Shown: piece by piece, positions 1-6,158 of the stretch
Position numbering within the stretch: position 1 is the first letter of the stretch
Layout of the letters: each line of letters opens with the position of its first letter
Assembly: GCF_006345805.1 (NCBI RefSeq)
Contig: NW_021829444.1
Span: forward strand, 1 to 6,158
Source: Octopus sinensis
Lineage: Eukaryota
Reading direction: 5' to 3'
DNA: 6,158 nt
Notes under the pieces: generated by a model
What the model was told of the DNA's origin: nothing
Databases searched by the model: none
What the model saw: only the letters and a program-made list of their open reading frames with translations
Position numbers and translations under genes: made by a program

Positions 1-130
1 GGAAGATCTACGTGTATTAGGGTTCTTGATGGAGAAGTAAATACGTGTCTTAAAAGAAAAAAAGGGGTCTTAATAGACAAAGATGGGTCTTAACCGAAGA
101 TATTATGGATCATCCCATAAATAATACGGT
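1..130. mobile_element. possible end of a Tc2/pogo-like DNA transposon
   Basis: Three GTCTTA motifs (two as GGGTCTTAA) and an ending AATAATACGGT. Tc2-type elements typically end in ACGG-TA with repeated GTCTTA motifs, but the expected TA target is not exact here and the window truncates it. Confidence 0.25.
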
Positions 131-135
131 TTATA

Positions 136-581
136 TTCTTTTTTCTTTCTTTTTTCTTGTTTCAGTCATTTTGACTGCGGCCATGCTGGAGCACCGCCTT
201 TAATCGAGCAACTCGACCCCGGGACTTATTCTTTTGTAAGCCCAGTACTTTTCTATCGGTCTCTTTTGACGAACCGCTAAGTTTACGGGGGGCATAAACA
301 CACCAGCATCGGTTGTGAAGCAATGCTAGGGGGACAAACACAGACACACAAACATACACGCACACTCATACACACACCTAACACCACCCACACACATATA
401 TATATATATACATATATACGACGGGCTTCTTTCAGTTTCCGTCTACCAAATCCACTCACAAGGCTTTGGTCGGCCCGAGGCTATAGCAGAAGACACTTGC
501 CGTATGTGCCACGCAGTGAGACTGAACCCGGAACCATATGGTTGGTAAACAAGCTACTTACCACACAGCCACTCCTGCGCC
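136..581 (-). mobile_element. tRNA-derived SINE, near full length (copy 1)
   Basis: The minus strand begins GGCGCAGGAGTGGCTGTGTGGTAAGTAGC. It has an A-box-like TGGCTGTGTGG (561-571) and a B-box-like GGTTCAGTCTC (518-528), then a body (GCCTTGTGAGTGGATTTGGTAGACGGAAACTGAAAGAAGCCCGTCG), an internal CA/TA microsatellite (about 346-418), a 3' domain ending CCAGCATGGCCGCAGTCAAAATGACTGAAACAAG and an A/G-rich tail. It aligns along its length with 3963-4361 and with the pieces at 5368-6000. No clear target-site duplication (TSD). Confidence 0.92.
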
Positions 582-595
582 ATGTGGTGTCCTGT

Positions 596-676
596 ACACA
601 CGTATATATATTTATATATGCATGTATATATACATGTAGATGTAGGTACGTACATATATGTATGTATGTATGCATA
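596..676. repeat. degenerate (TA/TG/CA) compound microsatellite
   Basis: Alternating purine-pyrimidine low-complexity tract seen directly. Confidence 0.85.
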
Positions 677-720
677 TATTTTATTTAATTACACTATTGT
701 ATGACTGAGGCCCTCGCGTC

Positions 721-745
721 GATTCGATTCGATTCGTTTCGTTTC
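721..745. repeat. short pentamer array (GATTC)3(GTTTC)2
   Basis: gattc gattc gattc gtttc gtttc read directly. Confidence 0.8.
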
Positions 746-759
746 TTCTTCTCCAAGTA

Positions 760-764
<5 letters not shown>

Positions 765-804
<40 letters not shown>

Positions 805-810
805 CATACA
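765..810. repeat. (TA)18 followed by CATACATACA microsatellite
   Basis: Perfect TA run 765-800 followed by CATA units. Confidence 0.95.
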
Positions 811-1087
811 TGAGTTCACGCAAGTATACAAGGCCATGAGACTGGAGAGAGGTCGTCTTATCCTGCATCAGATTGCTGAAGGCACGCTGCCCAACCTGGT
901 GTTCACTGATGGCAAGAAATTTGATATCGAAGACCGCCAGAATGACCGACTTTTGGAGTGTATCTGACTATCGAGGAGAGACTCGTAAATCGACGTCCAA
1001 ATCCGCAGCCAGTTATTGTTTGTGCGGCTGTGACAACCATTGAAATGTCTTTTCATGTTTTCGAGCCCTCGGGTGTTAGGATTTAAC

Positions 1088-1130
1088 ACCCAGCGATACA
1101 TTAAAATACATTAATACCCAGCGATACATT
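1088..1130 (+). repeat. 15-bp direct duplication ACCCAGCGATACATT (1088-1102 and 1116-1130) inside the transposase
   Basis: Two identical 15-mers 28 bp apart, which help disrupt the reading frame. Confidence 0.9.
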
Positions 1131-1326
1131 CTGAACTGCTTTCATGGGCGAATGAGCACTTTCAGGGCGCACCTTGGAGCCGCCAACGGAGCTCGGCACC
1201 AATCCCACAGATCTCCAAAGAGACACAACACTAGATTCAGAAAAATCATTCCGTCGTTCATAGGCAAGGATGTATGGCCCTCAAGAAATCCCGATCTCAA
1301 CCCGTTGGATTTTCCTGATTGGTTTA

Positions 1327-1467
1327 TTAGGTTGTCCCAAAAGTTCGTAAACACTTGCGAAAATTGAATTTTTACTCGCCAAGTACTAACAAAAACAACA
1401 AAAATTATTCCTCAAAATAAAGACCATTATTTTCCAAGACTTTCGACGAACTTTTGGGACAACCTTA
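1327..1467. mobile_element. 141-bp mariner-type MITE nested in the transposase
   Basis: Perfect 20-bp inverted repeat AGGTTGTCCCAAAAGTTCGT (1329-1348) and ACGAACTTTTGGGACAACCT (1446-1465), extending to 22 bp with one mismatch. TA duplication at 1325-1326 and 1468-1469. Removing it rejoins transposase W-F-I-L-E, apart from one extra T in a T run. The TA-TTAGGTTG start resembles mariner termini such as Hsmar1/MADE1. Confidence 0.9.
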
Positions 1468-1798
1468 TATTTTTGGAGATGAAGTTCTGAAGCACACCTC
1501 ATGCTTCGCTCGGCACTCTGAAGACAAAACTGCGCCAGGAATGGGCTTCGATTCTGCAAGAACAGTTGTGTGGTGTGTGTGAAGCATTCGCACCTAGACT
1601 TTAGGCTATGATTCGAAACAGAGGTGGTCACATTGAATAAATGTGGCAGTGTCATCATTGTATTTCCTTTACCAATGCATTGCAACGCATGTACACGGAA
1701 TATAACAATATTTTGCTTTGGCAAAATTGAAAAAAGTTGGTTGCCTTAATTTTGGGACACCCTGTAGTATATGGGTATGTATACACATATGAAAAAAC

Positions 1799-2041
1799 AC
1801 TCACATACACACACACACACATGCATACTGCATACACACACAATGCAAATGTGTATATGTATATAATATATATATATATATATACATACACACATATATA
1901 CATATATATATGTATATATATATATATACATACATATATATATATACACATACATATATACATATATACACATACATATATACATACATATATACATACA
2001 TATATACATACATATATACATACATATATATATATATATAT
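1799..2041. repeat. compound (CA)n/(TA)n/(CATA)n microsatellite
   Basis: Directly visible low-complexity tract. Confidence 0.95.
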
Positions 2042-2355
2042 CACTCACACAGTATGACCTGACCTATACTTTTAAAATACAGAGAAAGACTCTTGTTCAA
2101 AGTCACGTGGGATATTCATAAGACGGTACATCGTGTTTGCAAACCAAACAATATCGAGCAGACTGTTCGTGTTATATACACCTATATATGCATGCATACA
2201 TGTATGTATGTATAATGTTTATATAATTGCTGCCATGTTCTGTGTGATGCATTTCACGTGTTAAATTCAAACGATTTTTCTGTTTTCATTTTATTCCACA
2301 TCAGGTCTTTTGTACCAGGACAAAGACAACGTTATCCTCCTCATCTTCCCTGTTC

Positions 2356-2722
2356 TATATACATACACACACATACACACATACATACATACATACATAC
2401 ATACATACATACATACACACATACATACACACATACATAGATACATACACACACATACACACATACATAGATACATACATACATACATACACACACACAT
2501 ATATAGATACACACATACATACATACATACATACACATATACACACATAATAGATACATACATGCATACATAATACATACATACACACACATACATACAT
2601 ACACACACACATACAATCATACACACACACATACATACACACACATACATACATACACACACACATACATACATATACATACATACATACACACACACAT
2701 ACACACACACATACATACATAT

Positions 2723-2757
<35 letters not shown>

Positions 2758-3019
2758 TACATACATACATACATACATACATACATAAATAAATACATAC
2801 ATACATACAGACATACATACAACTACATACATACATACCTACATACATACATACATACTACATACATACATACATACATACATACATACATACATACATA
2901 CACACACACATACATACATATATACATACATACATACACACACACACACATACATACATACATACATACATTCATTCATACACACACACACACACATACA
3001 TACATACACACACACACAC

Positions 3020-3050
<31 letters not shown>

Positions 3051-3184
3051 CACACACACATACACACACACACATACATACACACACACACACATACATA
3101 CATACATACATACACACACACATACATACATACACACACACACATACATACATACACACACACACACACATACATATATATATA
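2356..3184. repeat. about 830-bp compound (CATA)n/(CA)n microsatellite
   Basis: Continuous TACA/CACA units with few interruptions. It accounts for the H/T/Y/I-rich and V/C/M/Y-rich spurious ORFs. Confidence 0.97.
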
Positions 3185-3330
3185 ATGTACACATGCATGC
3201 ACATATGTATAGAGGTACATGAAAATAAAAAACAAAATCCGGAAAAAACAGCGAAAGTAAAATGGATGTACATAAATGTATATTTATATATAAATTAGAG
3301 AAAAACCACTATTCTGTAATTCAAACAATT

Positions 3331-3544
3331 ATGTATATATATATATATATACACAATACATATATATGTATATATAAAAAAAAAATATATATACACAATA
3401 CATATATATGTATATATGTATATATAAAAATATATATATGTACATATATATATATACATTTATATATGTGTGTGTGTGTATGTACGTATGTATGTATATA
3501 TGTATAAGTATGTATATGTATATACATATATATACATATATATC

Positions 3545-3579
<35 letters not shown>
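3331..3579. repeat. compound (TA)n/(TG)n/(TCTG)n/(TC)n microsatellite with an internal 42-bp-period duplication
   Basis: Directly visible. ACACAATACATATATATGTATATAT occurs at 3351-3375 and 3393-3417. Confidence 0.9.
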
Positions 3580-3962
3580 GAAAAAAGAGATCCATTATCT
3601 GCCCTTCCTGAACCTCAGTACGATTGACATGCCGGGCTTGTCTGGAGATCGGTGAGCCGTTAAAACCAGACCCACCCACTTAGATATCGCTACTTCCCGG
3701 TTGCTGTTGGCACAGTTGACCGTTTGTGAAAGCCCACTGCCGTACGGGTGCGTCAAGGTACGTGCCTCTGTGTGTGTGTAGGTATGTGTAGGAATGGATG
3801 TCTGGATAATTGTACGGGTGGATATACGCATATGCACGTTCTCACGTATGCCAAATAGAGATAAATCGACCTTCATTTTTTTTATTAATTTGTACCCTAT
3901 AAATGAGTGTGCCTTTTATATATATCCATATACATATGCGTGTATATATATATATATATATA

Positions 3963-4361
3963 TCTTTTTCTCTTTTACTCTTTTACTTGTTTCAGTCATT
4001 TGACTGCGGCCATGCTGGAGCACCGCCTTTAATCGAGCAACTCGACCCCGGGACTTATTCTTTGTAAGCCCAGTACTTATTCTATCGGTCTCTTTTTTGC
4101 CGAACCGCTAAGTGACGGGGACGTAAACACACCAGCATCGGTTGTCAAGCGATGCTAGGGGGACAAACACAGACACACAACAACACATATATATATATAT
4201 ATATACGACAGGCTTCTTTCAGTTTCCGTCTACCAAATCCACTCACAGGCTTGGTCGGCCCGGGCTATAGCAGAAGACACTTGCCCAAGATGCCACGCAG
4301 TGGGACTGAACCCGGAACCATTGGTGGTTGTTAGCAAGCTACTTACCACACAGTCACTCCT
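3963..4361 (-). mobile_element. tRNA-derived SINE, near full length (copy 2)
   Basis: Same head, body, internal microsatellite and 3' domain as copy 1. On the minus strand the tail reads CTGAAACAA(GTAAAAGA)2GAAAAAGA. The first about 5 nt of the head are absent. Flanked by (TA)n on both sides (3943-3962, 4361-4402). Confidence 0.93.
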
Positions 4362-4402
4362 ATATTATATATATATATATATATAATATATATATATATA
4401 TA
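4362..4402. repeat. (TA)n microsatellite
   Basis: Directly visible, abutting the SINE 5' end. Confidence 0.92.
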
Positions 4403-4674
4403 GTAAGGGGAGGATGGATTTGGTATGAATAAAAGAATATATATATATATAAGTTCAGCAAAAATTTAGATTCAATTGAATATGGTACTTAATTTAGATG
4501 CACCTAAATTCTATGTAAATCTTCTTTCTTTGATTTTCCCTCTTCCACCACAATGGCTAGGAGTCCTTCACTCCCAATGGTTTAACCGCGCGATCGGGTA
4601 TTCAGTCCGATTATTTCTATGTCCCCGCGCACGATACCGCCTTAAGACATTTATTGGATGGCCGTTGACTAAAT

Positions 4675-4726
<52 letters not shown>

Positions 4727-4805
4727 ATATCTCTATATATAAATATACAGACACACACACATATATATGTATGTATGTCGCTATAAACGTATGTATGTAT
4801 ATGTA
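4675..4805. repeat. compound (CA)n/(TA)n/(TATG)n microsatellite
   Basis: Directly visible. Confidence 0.9.
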
Positions 4806-4809
4806 CTGT

Positions 4810-4831
4810 AATGACTGAAACCAATAAAGGA
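4810..4831 (+). mobile_element. possible orphan SINE/LINE 3' tail fragment
   Basis: AATGACTGAAACCAATAAAGGA matches the SINE 3' terminus at 5973-5994 (AATGACTGAAACAAATAAAAGA) at 20/22 positions. Confidence 0.45.
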
Positions 4832-5157
4832 ACTTAAGATCACAAGAATGTCAGAATGGCAGAATATACATGCACTGCAACTCATTCTAGCAATCTGCCA
4901 TTCCAACATTTCCCCGTACAATATGCATTACCTTGTCACTGTCAGTGTCGTTGTGTGTGCTTCACTAAAAGTCTTCGACGTCATTGGAAAAGACTCGAGA
5001 CACACAGGAAGAGGAGACAGTTGGACATCGTAAATCTCAACGTTTGGCCACAAAGTGCTAAAGTCGCCAGAAGTGACTTACATTTACGAAATCTATTACT
5101 TTCTGCATCGCTAAACAGTAGACACGCACACACCACAATCCACGAACAGACATGCAC

Positions 5158-5297
5158 GCACGTGCACACACACACGCACGTGCACACACACACGCACGTG
5201 CACACACACACGCACGTGCACACACACACGCACGTGCACACACACGCACGTGCACACACACACGCACGTGCACACACACACGCACGTGCACACACAC
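5158..5297. repeat. 18-bp minisatellite GCACGTGC(AC)5, 8 copies
   Basis: GCACGTGC starts at 5158, 5176, 5194, 5212, 5230, 5246, 5264 and 5282, giving periods of 18,18,18,18,16,18,18. Confidence 0.95.

Positions 5298-5298
<1 letters not shown>

Positions 5299-5367
<69 letters not shown>
5299..5367. repeat. (AC)n(AT)n microsatellite
   Basis: Directly visible, abutting the SINE head at 5368. Confidence 0.95.
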
Positions 5368-5444
5368 CGTGTAGGAGTGGCTGTGTGGTTTGTAGCTTGC
5401 TTACCAACCACATGGTTCCGGTTCAGTCCCACTGCGTGGCACCT
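5368..5444 (+). mobile_element. isolated tRNA-like SINE head (left arm of composite)
   Basis: CGTGTAGGAGTGGCTGTGTGGTTTGTAGCTTGCTTACCAACCACATGGTTCCGGTTCAGTCCCACTGCGTGGCACCT, with A-box-like and B-box-like motifs. It breaks off into a TA-rich tract. Confidence 0.9.
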
Positions 5445-5485
5445 ATATGTATATATATATATATTCATATACATATATATATATA

Positions 5486-5648
5486 CGACGGGCTTCTTTC
5501 AGTTTCCGTCTACCAAATCCACTCACAAGGCTTTGGTCGGCCCGAGGCTATAGTAGAAAACACTTGCCCAAGGTGCCATGCTGTGGGAATGAACCCGGAA
5601 CCATGTGGTTGGTAACCAAGCTACTTACCACACAGCCACTCCTACGCG
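5486..5648 (-). mobile_element. SINE 5' half (head plus body) in inverted orientation
   Basis: Aligns with 419-581 and 4206-4361. It ends at the internal microsatellite (5445-5485) and has no 3' domain on the same strand. Confidence 0.92.
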
Positions 5649-5682
5649 TATATGTATATATATGTGTGTGTGAGTGTGTGCA

Positions 5683-5713
<31 letters not shown>

Positions 5714-5720
5714 ATATATA

Positions 5721-6000
5721 TGTTTGTGTGTCTGCGTTTGTCTCCCCAATATCACCTGAGAACCGATGCTGGTTCCTGTACGCGTGTATCTTTGTGATGC
5801 TTGTGTATCTTGGCTCCCAACATCGTTTGACAACCGATGCTGGTGTGTTTACGTCCCCGTAACTTAGCGGTTCGGCAAAATACACCGATAGAATAAGTAC
5901 TGGGCTTACAAAGAATAAGTCCGGGGGTCGATTTGCTCGACTAAAGGCGGTTCTCCAGCATGGCCGCAGTCAAATGACTGAAACAAATAAAAGAGTAAAA
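5721..6000 (+). mobile_element. SINE 3' half with internal partial duplication and tail
   Basis: Reverse complement of the 3' domains at 136-345 and 3963-4180. It ends CCAGCATGGCCGCAGTCAAATGACTGAAACAAATAAAAGAGTAAAA. AACCGATGCTGGT is repeated at 5761-5773 and 5832-5844. Confidence 0.92.
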
Positions 6001-6158
6001 GGGATATATAAATATTAATATTTCTAATTCTCTCTAAAGGAGACTTCGGCAGCGGTACTGGATATTAATAGTTATCACCAAGCTAACATGGCAGTCCAGA
6101 AAAATAGGATGAATGTTGCCGTTGATTAGCTCCAAGAGGCCATCGCCTCTAGTTAGCT

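Larger units (their letters stand above)
809..1640 (+). pseudogene. decayed Tc1/mariner-superfamily DDD transposase, C-terminal catalytic domain (probably DD37D/maT)
   Basis: Manual translation across frameshifts gives HEFTQVYKAMRLERGRLIL..GTLPNLVFTDGKKFDIE (first catalytic D at 908-910), then VNRRPNPQPVIVCAAVT..PSGVR, NTQRYI, ELLSWANEHFQGAPWSRQRSSAP (eroded QQDSAP site), SKETQH*IQKN, IPSFIGKDVWPSRNPDLNPLD (third catalytic D at 1308-1310). After the MITE it continues LEMKF*STPHASLGTLKTKLRQEWASILQEQLCGVCEAFAPRL*AMIRNRGGHIE* (stop 1638-1640). The PDLNPLD and GGHIE* motifs are typical of this group. After correcting apparent small insertions the D2-D3 spacing counts to 37. Multiple stops and frameshifts; N-terminal DNA-binding region not recognised. 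Confidence 0.88.
809..1764 (+). mobile_element. Tc1/mariner (maT-like) DNA transposon remnant, right part with terminus
   Basis: The transposase remnant is followed about 100 bp after its stop by GGTTGCCTTAATTTTGGGACACCCTG (1739-1764) and then TA (1765-1766). Read inward this is TA-CAGGGTGTCCCAAAATTAAGG, a typical Tc1/mariner terminus with a TA target. No left terminus found in the window. Confidence 0.8.

Noticed and set aside
323-688. Recurring peptide RRASFSFRLPNPLTRLWSARGYSR in ORFs at 323, 4152 and 5447
   Set aside because: Recurrence is fully explained by the antisense strand of the same SINE body in three copies. It is not a protein family.
1386-1724. 112-aa minus-strand ORF, also 868-1101 and 1142-1354
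   Set aside because: They are antisense to the transposase pseudogene and MITE, and the recognisable motifs are on the plus strand.
2278-2355. Polypyrimidine tract plus CAG|G resembling a splice acceptor
   Set aside because: No convincing downstream donor; it runs straight into a microsatellite.
1655-3655. Numerous ORFs rich in Y/I/H/T or V/C/M/Y
   Set aside because: They are translations of (CA/TA/TG)n microsatellites, which lack stop codons in most frames. No coding signal.
4476-4742. 88-aa plus-strand ORF and small hairpins (AATTTAG-N6-CTAAATT)
   Set aside because: No recognisable domain, the ORF runs into a microsatellite, and the stems are too short to be significant in AT-rich DNA.
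4854-4903. 10-bp inverted repeat GAATGGCAGA / TCTGCCATTC with a 30-nt loop
   Set aside because: Short, with no TSD or other support. Compatible with chance.
4925-5075. Minus-strand open frame (NVEIYDVQLSPLPVCLESFPMTSKTFSEAHTTTLTVT) ending at a donor-like AAG|GTAATG, and plus-strand ORFs 4848/4856
   Set aside because: Weak acceptor and no recognisable protein similarity. It cannot be supported without RNA-seq or homology search.
136-6000. Repeated about 30-bp motifs separated by unique-looking sequence (CRISPR-like or tRNA gene-like)
   Set aside because: The repeats are irregularly spaced parts of dispersed SINEs in eukaryotic DNA. The tRNA-like heads lack a convincing complete cloverleaf and are fused to SINE bodies.
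6030-6158. Terminal segment (AGCTCCAAGAGGCCATCGCCTCTAGTTAGCT) that seems familiar as another interspersed repeat
   Set aside because: Truncated by the window edge, single copy here, and the recollection cannot be verified from the sequence.

Overview
Repeat-dense, AT-rich, non-coding eukaryotic DNA with no credible intact protein-coding gene. Almost all ORF-track entries are translations of (CA/TA/TG)n microsatellites or SINE strands. Supported content: (1) one family of tRNA-derived SINE present as two near-full-length minus-strand copies (136-581, 3963-4361) and a rearranged composite (5368-6000) in which the 5' half is inverted, the tRNA head is present twice and part of the 3' half is duplicated; (2) a decayed Tc1/mariner-superfamily transposase, most likely DD37D/maT (about 809-1640), with its right terminus ending at 1764 and an intact 141-bp TA-flanked MITE nested just after the third catalytic residue; (3) long compound microsatellites and an 18-bp GCACGTGC(AC)5 minisatellite. 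From memory the SINE resembles the abundant Octopus tRNA-SINE, so a coleoid cephalopod source is inferred but not verified. I found no evidence of a new protein-coding system. The most unusual signals are structural: the fold-back SINE composite, the MITE sharing a terminal core with its host transposon, and the E-box minisatellite.
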